From Acidobacteriota bacterium (lineage in GTDB: Bacteria; Chloroflexota; Anaerolineae; UBA4142), in the NCBI GenBank assembly GCA_050257995.1, contig JBLMXX010000062.1, forward strand, positions 1-27,968: 27,968 bases of DNA. Reading direction: 5' to 3'. The stretch's first letter is position 1. Each line of letters begins with the position of its first letter. Positions 8,109 through 16,892 of the stretch are shown here, piece by piece. The notes under the pieces are model-generated. The model saw nothing but the letters and a program-made list of their open reading frames with translations. It was not told the origin of the DNA and made no database searches. Both the position numbers and the translations under genes were made by a program.

Positions 8109-11100
8109 CTAACCATTGACCGCGCGAGCAATGGCTTGTTCCAGGCTCATCGTTCGGCCCCTCGCGCGTGCGGCTTGAAACGCTTCCTGATTCAATTGGA
8201 TTCGATCCGCGACCCAACCCCTCTCTTTGTCAAGGTAACTATCCGATTCGACCGGTGCGCCCTTCCAATTGACGGGGGCACGGATTGGTGCCTCTAGCAA
8301 CACTTCGGCGGCTCCGATCAACTCTACTGCACTTTCATAGTTGGATTGCATCGCCAAAGCTCCGGCAACCCCGACCAGTATCCCGGCAATGCTCCGCCGG
8401 TCATTCTTCTCTGACACCAGCGCGAGACTCTCAATGAAGGATTTGTGCGCCTGATCAGATCGTCCCCGGTATAGTGCCACAAACCCTAGTCTTTTCAGTA
8501 GTTGTGCCATCTCAGATTTATCGTCCATCTCCCGAGTAAGAGCCAATGCCTCTTCGAGGAACGTTGTGGCATCGTCGTACTGTTGACGGTCGCATGCAAT
8601 CAAGCCCAGCCGGTCCAGTCCCTGAACCATCTTTTCCTTGTCGCCCATTGCCCGAAAAACGTCCAGACTCGCCAATAGTGATGTTTGTGCGCTTGAAGGA
8701 TGGCCTTGGAGCATTTGGACGGTTCCCAGTTCTAAAAGCGCGTTCGCCGTCTCCCACGAATCTCCCGCTGCTCGCCATGCCTCCCATCCCTCGCGATAAT
8801 ACTTGGCGGCTGGAGCATATTCAGCGCGGATTTTTGCCAGCGCGCCAAGTCCACAGAGAGCTAACGCTGTCGAGCGCCGTTCATTCAGGTCGCGTGCCCC
8901 GGCAAGACCCGTTTCCAACCAGTCTTGTGCCGTTGAATAATCGGCTTGCAGCGTCGCGAGGTATCCCGCGCCGATGAGGGCTTGCACTCGAGCCGGCGCG
9001 TCGGATGCCTGGTGAGGCAGTGCAATGATTCTCGCCAAACGGTCGTATCCTTCCCTCCAATATCCGCGCCCATACCAAAAGCGCCAGAGCGCGCCTCCAA
9101 AGCGCAAAGCCGTGTCGACTTCTTGCGGGCGGCCAATGGTCCAGGCCAGAGCGGACAGCAGATTGGCGTATTCGATTTCGAGTTTCTTGGACCATTGGCT
9201 GTGCCCATCAAGACGCAGATCCGGTTCTGCCAGAGTGGCAAGGAGAAGATATGAATCGCGGTGATTCCGCCTGGCAATTTCTTCCTCGCCCGCCGAGTGC
9301 AATTGGACCGAAGCGTACTCTCGAACAGGTTCGAGCAAGCGATATCGTGTTTCGTTCTCTTCGGACGGGCAGGTGTCGACGAGTGATTTTCCGGTCCATT
9401 CATGCAGCATGGTATTCGCTTCGCCGTTGCCGGTCCGCAATACATTTGCTACGGCGTCGGGCGTGAATCCGCCTGCGAATACAGACAGTCTGATGAACAG
9501 GACGCGCTCGTGTGGGTTAAGCAGACTGTAATTCCAGTCTAATACTGCCTTCAACGTTTCATCAGAAGATCGCTCTTCGCCTGGCACAACCGACAGCCGC
9601 TCTTCAAGGTGCTCGACCCACGTCTCTAAAGGGTATTCTTTCGCGATGGCGGCTGCCAGTTCGATGGCGAACGGAATGCCGCCCAATCGGTCGCACGCGC
9701 GGGCGAGCAAAGGCTCCGTAGCGCGTACGTCAAGCACAGCGTTTGCCATGCCGAGACGGTCTTGCAAGAGTTGCACTGAATCGGGAAGCCATAACGGGGG
9801 CACCACAAAACGCGCTTCGCCGACGATGTTGAGAGGCAGACAGCTTGTTGCCAGGATGCTGATTTCCGGGCATGTATGTAGAATCATTCCAACAAGCTGG
9901 GCGCACGCGCCGGTGAGCCCTTCGCATTGGTCGAGGAGGAGCAAGAGGTTTTTCTCGTGTAGGAATTCCGCGAGAGACACCATCAAGGTGCGGTGAGGCT
10001 CTTCGTGCACGCCCAGAATTGAGGCGACGGCGTACGGTACCAAGGCGGGATCCGTCCACGGCGCAATTTCTACCAGCCACACCCCATCCGAAAACTGCGC
10101 GCTCAAGTCCGCGCCCACTGCCAGTGCGAGGCGCGTCTTGCCGGTGCCGTTAGCGCCCAGCAACGTTGCCAATCGGCTGGATTCGAGCAGGTGCTTGACC
10201 TGTGCGATTTCGGATTCCCGTCCGACAAAACGGGTCGGAAGTGTCGGTAAATTGCCATGCGCGCCTGTCGACCTGAGCGCAGTCGCGACTTGAGCTAACG
10301 CCAGCCGCACTTGTTGCGCGGACTCGAAGCGTTCCCTTGGGTCTTTGACCAGGAGGCGGAGAATGATGGATTCCAGCGCGGGCGGCATGTCAAGCCGCGA
10401 ATGGCTGGGCGGGACAACCGCTTCGGTCATGTGCTGTGTAAGGATGCTCTGTTCGTCAAAATTGGAGAATGGAACTCGACCGGTCACGAGTTCGTACAGC
10501 AGGACGCCGAGCGCATACAAGTCGGCTGCCACATCGGCAGGTTGTCCGGCGATAACCTCTGGTGCCATATAATAGACCGTGCCTGGCATTGTGAGGATCG
10601 AGATGCCGCGCGGGCGTGCCAGCCCAAAGTCTGCCAGTTTTGCGACATACCGGTAACCGCGTTTCTCGACGATAACATTCTGCGGCTTGAGGTCGCCGTG
10701 TACCAGTCCTTGGGTGTGGATATAGTCGAGCGCATCGCTTATTTGCCCGCCGAGATCGACGATGTGAGAAGAAGTGAGCCCGCGCATTTCGCTCAGACTC
10801 TTGCCCTGGATAAATTCCATGGCGATAAAGGGTGATGAATAGGACACGCCGGTCTCCACCATTCCGGTCTCGTAGAGCGCGACGATGTTGGGATGGTGCA
10901 GGTGGGTGGTTATGCGCGCTTCCTGCAAAAACATTTCGCGCGCTCCGGCGTCTTTCGAGCTGAGGTTGATGACTTTGAGCGCCACTTTACGATCGTTGGG
11001 GATATCGTGAGCGCGATACACAACCCCAATACCGCCCCTGCCCAGTTCAGCGTCCAGGCGATAGCGTTGTGCGACGACGGCGCCAATCCCTAACTTGTTC

Positions 11101-11204
11101 TTCGGTGAATGTGAGGTTGGTTCGGGCGAGTTGGGCGTCCCTCCCCACTCTTTCGATGGATTGCGCAGGGCTTGCACCAGATTGGCGAGAAACTTGGGAG
11201 GCAT
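8109..11204 (-). CDS. Hanks-type Ser/Thr kinase fused to an NB-ARC/STAND-like ATPase and TPR repeats
   Basis: Kinase motifs GRGGIG, VALK, HGDLKPQN, DFG and APE; Walker A GANGTGKT; Walker B LLLLDQCE; 'IPFAIELAA'; TPR-like helical repeats; terminal 'GRTMSLEQAIA'. ATG 11204 is preferred over 11234 and 11264 because a -10 TATAAT lies at 11220-11215. Confidence 0.9.
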   Translation of the reverse strand: MPPKFLANLVQALRNPSKEWGGTPNSPEPTSHSPKNKLGIGAVVAQRYRLDAELGRGGIGVVYRAHDIPNDRKVALKVINLSSKDAGAREMFLQEARITTHLHHPNIVALYETGMVETGVSYSSPFIAMEFIQGKSLSEMRGLTSSHIVDLGGQISDALDYIHTQGLVHGDLKPQNVIVEKRGYRYVAKLADFGLARPRGISILTMPGTVYYMAPEVIAGQPADVAADLYALGVLLYELVTGRVPFSNFDEQSILTQHMTEAVVPPSHSRLDMPPALESIILRLLVKDPRERFESAQQVRLALAQVATALRSTGAHGNLPTLPTRFVGRESEIAQVKHLLESSRLATLLGANGTGKTRLALAVGADLSAQFSDGVWLVEIAPWTDPALVPYAVASILGVHEEPHRTLMVSLAEFLHEKNLLLLLDQCEGLTGACAQLVGMILHTCPEISILATSCLPLNIVGEARFVVPPLWLPDSVQLLQDRLGMANAVLDVRATEPLLARACDRLGGIPFAIELAAAIAKEYPLETWVEHLEERLSVVPGEERSSDETLKAVLDWNYSLLNPHERVLFIRLSVFAGGFTPDAVANVLRTGNGEANTMLHEWTGKSLVDTCPSEENETRYRLLEPVREYASVQLHSAGEEEIARRNHRDSYLLLATLAEPDLRLDGHSQWSKKLEIEYANLLSALAWTIGRPQEVDTALRFGGALWRFWYGRGYWREGYDRLARIIALPHQASDAPARVQALIGAGYLATLQADYSTAQDWLETGLAGARDLNERRSTALALCGLGALAKIRAEYAPAAKYYREGWEAWRAAGDSWETANALLELGTVQMLQGHPSSAQTSLLASLDVFRAMGDKEKMVQGLDRLGLIACDRQQYDDATTFLEEALALTREMDDKSEMAQLLKRLGFVALYRGRSDQAHKSFIESLALVSEKNDRRSIAGILVGVAGALAMQSNYESAVELIGAAEVLLEAPIRAPVNWKGAPVESDSYLDKERGWVADRIQLNQEAFQAARARGRTMSLEQAIARAVNG

Positions 11205-11214
11205 GGCAGATCTG

Positions 11215-11242
11215 ATTATATTCTGGATGCGCATTACTGCAA
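11215..11242 (-). promoter_or_regulatory. promoter for the kinase gene, giving a near-leaderless transcript
   Basis: Minus strand TTGCAG (11242-11237), 16 nt spacer, TATAAT (11220-11215). The predicted +1 is only a few nt before ATG 11204 and there is no RBS. Confidence 0.5.
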
Positions 11243-11281
11243 AATGCTTGATTCTGTAGTACAATATTCCCGGAAGCAGAT

Positions 11282-12016
11282 ATGCGTATCCTCCTCGTGT
11301 CGGACATTCACTCGAACCTTGCCGCGCTGGATGCCGTGATAAAAGATGCCGGACATTTCGACGGGATCTGGTGTCTCGGAGATATCGTCGGCTATGGGCC
11401 CCAACCGAACGAATGCATAGAGCGCCTACGGACTTTTGACCTGGTCTGCCTCGCAGGGAATCACGATCTGGCCGTGGTCGACAAGCAGAGCCTGGACGAT
11501 TTCAGCCCGGACGCGCGTGAGGCGGCTTTTTGGACACGCGATCGCCTGGCCGCTGTTCATTGCCGGTGGCTGGAAACATTGCCCGGAATAGCCGTCGTTG
11601 CGAAGTACGATATGACATTGGTGCATGCAAGTCCCCGCGATCCAGTCTGGGAATATATCTCATCATCAACCATCGCGGAACGCTGCTTCCAGTCTATCAG
11701 CACATCGGTGTGCTTGTACGGTCACACGCACGTACCGGCTATTTTTCGCAAGCCGACTTATGAAGTAGGTATTGTTACCGAGCGACTATCGGTCAATACG
11801 CCAGTCTCGCTCACGCTAGACCGGCTGCTCGTCAACCCTGGAAGTGTGGGGCAGCCGCGCGATGAAGATGTGCGGGCTGCCTACGCCATTGTCGATCTGG
11901 ACGCGATGACTTTGACCTATCATCGCGTCCAGTATGACATCAGCGCTACGCAGAGGTTGATGCAACAAGCGCGCTTGCCCGACCGTCTGAGACGCCGCTT
12001 GCGATTTGGAGAGTAA
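11282..12016 (+). CDS. calcineurin-like metallophosphoesterase (PPP/ApaH-related)
   Basis: Metal-binding motifs DIHSN, GDIVGYG, GNHD, HASP, GHTH and NPGSVGQPRD. Confidence 0.9.
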   Translation: MRILLVSDIHSNLAALDAVIKDAGHFDGIWCLGDIVGYGPQPNECIERLRTFDLVCLAGNHDLAVVDKQSLDDFSPDAREAAFWTRDRLAAVHCRWLETLPGIAVVAKYDMTLVHASPRDPVWEYISSSTIAERCFQSISTSVCLYGHTHVPAIFRKPTYEVGIVTERLSVNTPVSLTLDRLLVNPGSVGQPRDEDVRAAYAIVDLDAMTLTYHRVQYDISATQRLMQQARLPDRLRRRLRFGE

Positions 12017-12093
12017 CCGACTAGAACGTTCACCATGTATCCGGCGCGCGTCAGCTTGCTCGATCGAATTCATGGAACGCGGGGAGGAGAAAC

Positions 12094-12528
12094 ATGTACA
12101 GGAAGATCCTGGTGCCTCTGGACGGGTCCAAGACTGCCGAGACCGTCTTGCCTCATGCCAAATCGTTGGCTTACTCGGAGGGAGCTGAACTAGTCCTATT
12201 GAACGTCGCCGCGAATCCCGCATTGGACTTTGCCTTTTCCGATCCGGGACTTGCCCAGCGCGCCGAGCAGGATCAGGAAGCACAAAGCGAAAAGTACATG
12301 AAAGAGGTCGAAAAGCAGTTAAAATCAGAAGGGCTCAGGGCGTCAATTCTCTTGCGGATGGGGACTCCCGCCGACGTGATTATCGGCGTGGCAGAGGAAA
12401 TGCAAGTCGATTTGATTGCAATGTCTACGCATGGGCGGACCGGTCCAGCGCGCTGGTTGCTCGGCAGCGTGGCGGACCGAGTCGTCCGCGGTTCTCTAGT
12501 GCCGGTGCTGTTGATCCGGGCTAGGTAG
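12094..12528 (+). CDS. universal stress protein (USP, single domain)
   Basis: 'KILVPLDGS' N-terminus and 'DLIAMSTHGRTGPARWLLGSVADRV' ATP-binding-type motif; GGAGGAG RBS. Confidence 0.93.
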   Translation: MYRKILVPLDGSKTAETVLPHAKSLAYSEGAELVLLNVAANPALDFAFSDPGLAQRAEQDQEAQSEKYMKEVEKQLKSEGLRASILLRMGTPADVIIGVAEEMQVDLIAMSTHGRTGPARWLLGSVADRVVRGSLVPVLLIRAR

Positions 12529-12652
12529 AGATACAGCGATACCGGATGCTGCGCTGGTTGATGGAGCATAAGGTGGACTGCCCGTCAATTGGGGAGATTC
12601 TTAGTCTCAACTCGATGAGGTATTGAGTGGCAGGCTGTGTCTTGAAACCAAG

Positions 12653-12681
12653 TTGCACTTGGAACGCAAAGGCGCTATCAT
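12653..12681 (+). promoter_or_regulatory. sigma70-type promoter for the SET gene
   Basis: TTGCAC (12653-12658), 17 nt spacer, TATCAT (12676-12681). Confidence 0.5.
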
Positions 12682-12715
12682 AGGGCAACCCTGCTGACCT
12701 GAGGAATGGGCCTAC

Positions 12716-13267
12716 ATGAGATGCAAGAACTGCGGCGTGGAGAACTCCGGTGAAAGCAATTTTTGCGGCAAGTGTGGCAAGGCTTTCGATGTGCGCTTGG
12801 AAAAGCGCCACTCTGTGACATCGGAGCGACTCAGGGAGAAATTAAAGTATAGCAACTCTGGTCTGGAACTCGAGATTCGCTATCAGGGATGTGGCATTTC
12901 CCTCCGTGGGTCAAAAGGTCGCGGTAGGGGTGTCTTTTCCGACAGGCATTTCTCCGCGGGCGAAATCATCGAGAAATGCCCGGTCCTGCTTATACCTAGC
13001 AACCAGCTAGACCATATCTACGAGACGGTCTTGGGAGATTATGTGTATCCCTGGAGTGAGATGGATGAGGCGGCGATACTGCCGATGGGATTGGGCTCTT
13101 TCTATAACCATTCCTATGTTCCCAATGCCGATTGGATTCAGGATATGGGAGAAATGATCCAATGTTTTGTCGCTCTGCGAGATATCGAGACGGGTGAAGA
13201 AATCACGGTAAACTATAACGGTCCACCGGATGACCCTTCCCCAATGTGGTTTCAGATGACAGATTGA
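12716..13267 (+). CDS. zinc-ribbon + SET domain protein (putative protein-lysine N-methyltransferase)
   Basis: N-terminal CKNC-x10-CGKC ribbon; SET motifs 'GRGVFS', 'YNHS...PNA' and 'ALRDIETGEEITVNY'. Confidence 0.88.
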   Translation: MRCKNCGVENSGESNFCGKCGKAFDVRLEKRHSVTSERLREKLKYSNSGLELEIRYQGCGISLRGSKGRGRGVFSDRHFSAGEIIEKCPVLLIPSNQLDHIYETVLGDYVYPWSEMDEAAILPMGLGSFYNHSYVPNADWIQDMGEMIQCFVALRDIETGEEITVNYNGPPDDPSPMWFQMTD

Positions 13268-13278
13268 TGAATTATCTC

Positions 13279-13307
13279 GGGCGGGAGACCTTTTCCGCCC
13301 ATTTTCT
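13279..13307 (+). terminator. probable intrinsic terminator after the SET gene
   Basis: GGGCGGGA-gacctt-TTCCGCCC, an 8 bp stem with one G-U pair, followed by ATTTTCT; lies between convergent genes. Confidence 0.55.
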
Positions 13308-13340
13308 ACTCTCCGGGCGCGCTGTGCAAATTGCGGAGAA

Positions 13341-14387
13341 TTATGCTCCAGAAGTGAGTCCCGGACGGCAGGCGTTTAGGACCGCGGTAATGGAATCCAA
13401 ACCTGGGCGCGCTGCCACGACCCTCACAATTGCGATGTCCAACCCCTGCGCTAAAGATTTGAATGCGGCGGCGGCACCGGAAGCTGGCCCGAAATAACCG
13501 ACCTTTGATAAAAGCTCGCGCGGAAAGAGGTCGATCAACTCCAATTCGGATGCTCCGTGATCGCGCCTTGCTTCAAGTTCCGTCAGCGCCTCATCAAATC
13601 CCATTCGCGCAAAATGTGCGCGATATCCCAATTCCTTCGACTGTCCGGAGCGAGCAATCGCATAACCCATAACGGCTCTTGTGAACGCTCGACGCGCCAC
13701 ATCTTCGTCATCGTCCACGCAAATGCGGATGTACTCGATGACCCGTACTTGTGAAGGAGCGCGGCTTGCTTGTTGTGCGCCTTCCGCGACCCGCGCGCGA
13801 CTCCACGCAACTTGCTCCGGTGTACACCAATTCAAAGCCACTCCGTCGGCGAGTTCACCCGCAAGCTTTAGCATTTTCGGTCCCAGTGCCGCCAGGTAGA
13901 TTGGCACCAGCGGCGGGCGAAACCCCAGTTGTACTCCGTGCAGATGGACTATCGCGCCATCGTACTCGACTCTATGACCCGACAGCAGTTGGTGCAGGGC
14001 AAGCAAATAGTCGCGCATGAGTGGGATCGGCTTGTAGGCGGGTAGACCGATATTGCGTTGGGCGTCTTTGTAGAATGCGCTTCCCGCACCGATGCCAAGT
14101 ACAAACCGATTGTTTGTGAGGTCGCCCACAGTCGCGGCGGTGGCGGCGAGGACTGGCACGGACCACATAGCGGCGGGCACGACGGAGATGCCTGTTCTGA
14201 TTCCATCCGGAACCAGGTCCGTGGTCTGGGTGGACCACTGCGCGCAAATATGGAACGCATCACGGGCCAACCCCGCTGGAGTCCATGCACTCGCATAGCC
14301 AAGTTGGGCCGCCAGGCGAACAACATCCCGCTGTTCGGGGAAAGTCAGACCCAGTCCTTGATCTAAGCCGATACCAATTTCAATCAT
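13341..14387 (-). CDS. LLM class flavin-dependent oxidoreductase (F420/FMN luciferase-like)
   Basis: 'AAQLGYASAW', 'RFVLGIGAG', 'VPIYLAALGPKMLKLAGELADGV'. The start is moved to ATG 14387 on the basis of an AAGGAGG RBS (the track starts at 14510). Confidence 0.9.
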   Translation of the reverse strand: MIEIGIGLDQGLGLTFPEQRDVVRLAAQLGYASAWTPAGLARDAFHICAQWSTQTTDLVPDGIRTGISVVPAAMWSVPVLAATAATVGDLTNNRFVLGIGAGSAFYKDAQRNIGLPAYKPIPLMRDYLLALHQLLSGHRVEYDGAIVHLHGVQLGFRPPLVPIYLAALGPKMLKLAGELADGVALNWCTPEQVAWSRARVAEGAQQASRAPSQVRVIEYIRICVDDDEDVARRAFTRAVMGYAIARSGQSKELGYRAHFARMGFDEALTELEARRDHGASELELIDLFPRELLSKVGYFGPASGAAAAFKSLAQGLDIAIVRVVAARPGLDSITAVLNACRPGLTSGA

Positions 14388-14538
14388 TCCGGACCTCCTT
14401 GAGAATTCCGTGTGGCAATGAGGAGATTGTATCCAGAGGTGAATCTTTCGACAAGGGGAGGGGCTGTCGACGCGACGAAAAAGGCGCGATAATGGCGCCG
14501 ATTGCAGCAACTCTCAAAACAAGCGGCACGGGGGAGAT

Positions 14539-15216
14539 ATGAAGAGCTCATCAAGTGTACAGGTGTTAGTGTTCGATGCGTACGGCACTCTATTTGATGT
14601 TCACTCCGTGATTGCATTGTGTGACCAGTTATTCCCTGGGAAGGGGACGATTTTGAGCCAGCTATGGCGCGCGAAGCAATTGGAGTATACCTGGCTGCGT
14701 AGTCTTATGGACAGGTACGAGGATTTCTGGCAGGTGACCGAGTCTGCTCTTGCCTTTGCCTGCCAATCTCTTGGTTTGGACTGTAAGGGGGAAACCCGTA
14801 CTCGATTGATGGACGCCTATCTGCATCTGGACCCATTTCCCGATGCTCGCGTTGCGTTGTCCGGTCTTTCGCAGTATCCGCTTGCGATACTGTCGAACGG
14901 CTCTCCGCGGATGCTTCAAGCCGCTGTCAGCAATGCTGAATTTCAAGGGATATTTGCCAAGATCATCAGCGTGGATGAGGCCGGAATTTACAAGCCGAGT
15001 CCGCTGGTGTATCAACTTGCACCGGAGAAATTGGGTGTGGAAAGGGCCTCTGTCGGATTCGTATCTTCCAATTCGTGGGATGTGATCGGAGCCAAAACAT
15101 TTGGCTTTTGGACTTGCTGGGTGAATCGTTCCAATTCCCCAGCCGACGCTCTTGGCGCCACGCCCAATATCACCGTGAACCGTCTGACAGATCTGGTCAG
15201 CGCGCTCGAGCGTTGA
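14539..15216 (+). CDS. (S)-2-haloacid dehalogenase, type II (HAD superfamily)
   Basis: Motif I FDAYGTL, 'WRAKQLEYTW', 'LSNG', 'YKPSP', 'VSSNSWDV'. Confidence 0.9.
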   Translation: MKSSSSVQVLVFDAYGTLFDVHSVIALCDQLFPGKGTILSQLWRAKQLEYTWLRSLMDRYEDFWQVTESALAFACQSLGLDCKGETRTRLMDAYLHLDPFPDARVALSGLSQYPLAILSNGSPRMLQAAVSNAEFQGIFAKIISVDEAGIYKPSPLVYQLAPEKLGVERASVGFVSSNSWDVIGAKTFGFWTCWVNRSNSPADALGATPNITVNRLTDLVSALER

Positions 15217-15226
15217 GGCAATGAAA

Positions 15227-15481
15227 CTATAGCAGCATCAGGACCAGTTCATTGGAACTGAGCTCGCGATATAATGCATCCAGTTGTTCGCGGCTGGTAG
15301 CCACAAAGGTCGCGGTAACCGCAAGGTATTTGCCTCCGGCGCTGGAACGAGTTGTGAAATCAGTCAATTCACTGACGTGGCGGCGGATGATGTCTGTCAC
15401 AATAGTTTCAAATTCGTCGGTGACTTTGCCAATCGCCTTTATTGGGAATGTGCGTGGAAATTCGAGCGGACTTGGATTCAC
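15227..15481 (-). CDS. DUF493 / YbeD family protein
   Basis: 'LEFPRTFPIKAIG' and 'RSSAGGKYLAVT', ending '...VLMLL'; GTG start with GGAG upstream. Confidence 0.85.
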   Translation of the reverse strand: MNPSPLEFPRTFPIKAIGKVTDEFETIVTDIIRRHVSELTDFTTRSSAGGKYLAVTATFVATSREQLDALYRELSSNELVLMLL

Positions 15482-15550
15482 TTTCTATCTCTCCGGATCA
15501 TGATCGGGATTCTCGCGGTAGGACTCTATCATTATACTCGATTCCGTGCA

Positions 15551-16096
15551 TTACGGTATTTCGACTTCCACCTGGATGTCCGATGCTCCCTCGGCTGTCT
15601 TCCTATACACAAAGTCTAGTCCGCTGTTTCGTAGCCATAGCAGCATCCGCGTATTCTCCGCATGAACTAAACCTACGAAAGTACTGATGTCGTTCATGCG
15701 AGCCAGGGCAGCCAAATTCTGAAGCAGGATGGTTCCGAGTCCCAATCCCTGATACTGGTCCTGGACAACAACGGCAGCTTCTGCCATCCTCGCGTCGGGT
15801 GAGGGCAGTTGTGCATAACTGGCGAGGGCGATGACTTGGTCCTGCCCGCCCGTTTCAATTGTTGCCACGACGGCCATTCGCGTTTTATAGTCCACACATG
15901 CTAAATACTCTGCCTTTTCCCGTGCCAATTCCTTCCAGGAGGTTAGGAAACGGAAAAAGGCGCTTTGAGAGGATAGCTGAGTAAAGAACGCTTGCAACCG
16001 TGGCGCGTCGTCCGGGCGAATGGCGCGCAAGTTCACGGTAATGCCGTTCCGCAACTCTACCGTAGCGAGACTTGCAACTTGACTCGGTGTTCTCAT
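15551..16096 (-). CDS. stand-alone GNAT acetyltransferase resembling the GNAT domain of Pat-type protein lysine acetyltransferases
   Basis: 'LRAIRPDDA..L..FF..LS..S...RF', 'VDY..RMAVVA', 'AEAAVVVQDQYQGLGLG' (acetyl-CoA-binding QxxGxG) and 'ENTRML'. Confidence 0.85.
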   Translation of the reverse strand: MRTPSQVASLATVELRNGITVNLRAIRPDDAPRLQAFFTQLSSQSAFFRFLTSWKELAREKAEYLACVDYKTRMAVVATIETGGQDQVIALASYAQLPSPDARMAEAAVVVQDQYQGLGLGTILLQNLAALARMNDISTFVGLVHAENTRMLLWLRNSGLDFVYRKTAEGASDIQVEVEIP

Positions 16097-16111
16097 TTCT
16101 AGCCCCGAGTG

Positions 16112-16888
16112 CTAGTTCCGTTTCCCGATGACAAACCCGAGTGGGTCTACTTCTCTTCGTAGAATCTCGAGTTCGTTATCGGTTGGCTCTAACGTCACAT
16201 CAATCTGATCCGGGTATAAAAGCTCGAATCCGGTGTTGGAAACCACGTCCTCTTTCGCGACCCCCGGATGAAGGCTCTCTACCCGCATGCGTCTCGTAGT
16301 TGGATCGAAATCCATCACCGCGAGCGTTGTAATGACCTTATGGGGACCAGTGCCGGGTGGCAACCCAGCCCTCTCACGCGCACCGGGACCTGTGAGATAG
16401 CCCGGTGTGGTCAAAAAGTCGAGTTTCTTAACAAACCGGCGCTTGTCGTGTGGGGTGATGACAAGGGTCCTCCAGCAAAGCGAAGCAAGATCGTTGGCTC
16501 CGCCGCTTCCGGGAAGGCGCGCCTTGGGGTGCTCGTAATCGCTGCCGATCACCGATGTATTGATGTTCCCGAACATGTCAATCTGCGCGCAGCCGAGAAA
16601 CGTATAGTCCAACGTGCCGCGCTGGCACGCCTCCATGATAATGTCCATGCTGGTATGCAGGATGGCGCCAAATTGGGTGCAAGAGTCGGCTACTGAAATA
16701 GGCAGGCGCGGCAGCTGTGGTGCAACGCTTCCTGCCTCAAACATAACAATGAGATTGGGCGCGTGTGTCTTTTGTGCGAGCATAGCTGCCGCCAATGGCA
16801 TGCCGGTGCCGATGACGGCGGACCTGCCGTCTTCAAGTTGATGGGACGCCGTACAGACCATAAATTCCATCTTGTTATACCGTTCCAT
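16112..16888 (-). CDS. family I CoA-transferase beta subunit (glutaconate CoA-transferase GctB-like)
   Basis: 'VIGTGMP', 'LIVMFEAG' (probable catalytic Glu), 'AQIDMFGNIN', 'RLPGSGGANDL'. Substrate not determined. Confidence 0.9.
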   Translation of the reverse strand: MERYNKMEFMVCTASHQLEDGRSAVIGTGMPLAAAMLAQKTHAPNLIVMFEAGSVAPQLPRLPISVADSCTQFGAILHTSMDIIMEACQRGTLDYTFLGCAQIDMFGNINTSVIGSDYEHPKARLPGSGGANDLASLCWRTLVITPHDKRRFVKKLDFLTTPGYLTGPGARERAGLPPGTGPHKVITTLAVMDFDPTTRRMRVESLHPGVAKEDVVSNTGFELLYPDQIDVTLEPTDNELEILRREVDPLGFVIGKRN

Positions 16889-16892
16889 CTTA

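Noticed and set aside
8109-11204. Possible pseudokinase, or Avs-type anti-phage STAND
   Set aside because: The catalytic Lys, Glu, Asp, Asn and DFG are intact. The ATPase-TPR part has the common regulator-type signatures (LDxCE, P.AIELAA, G..MSLEQA), and there are no neighbouring defence genes.
12521-12811. 96 aa minus-strand ORF filling the USP-SET gap
   Set aside because: It overlaps the SET start and its promoter, has no recognisable motif and lacks a convincing RBS.
14388-14510. Extended N-termini in the ORF track (LLM from 14510, CocE from 21245, lipoprotein from 26042, kinase from 11264, M28 from 268)
   Set aside because: Downstream starts have stronger RBS or promoter support, match family N-termini and avoid overlaps.
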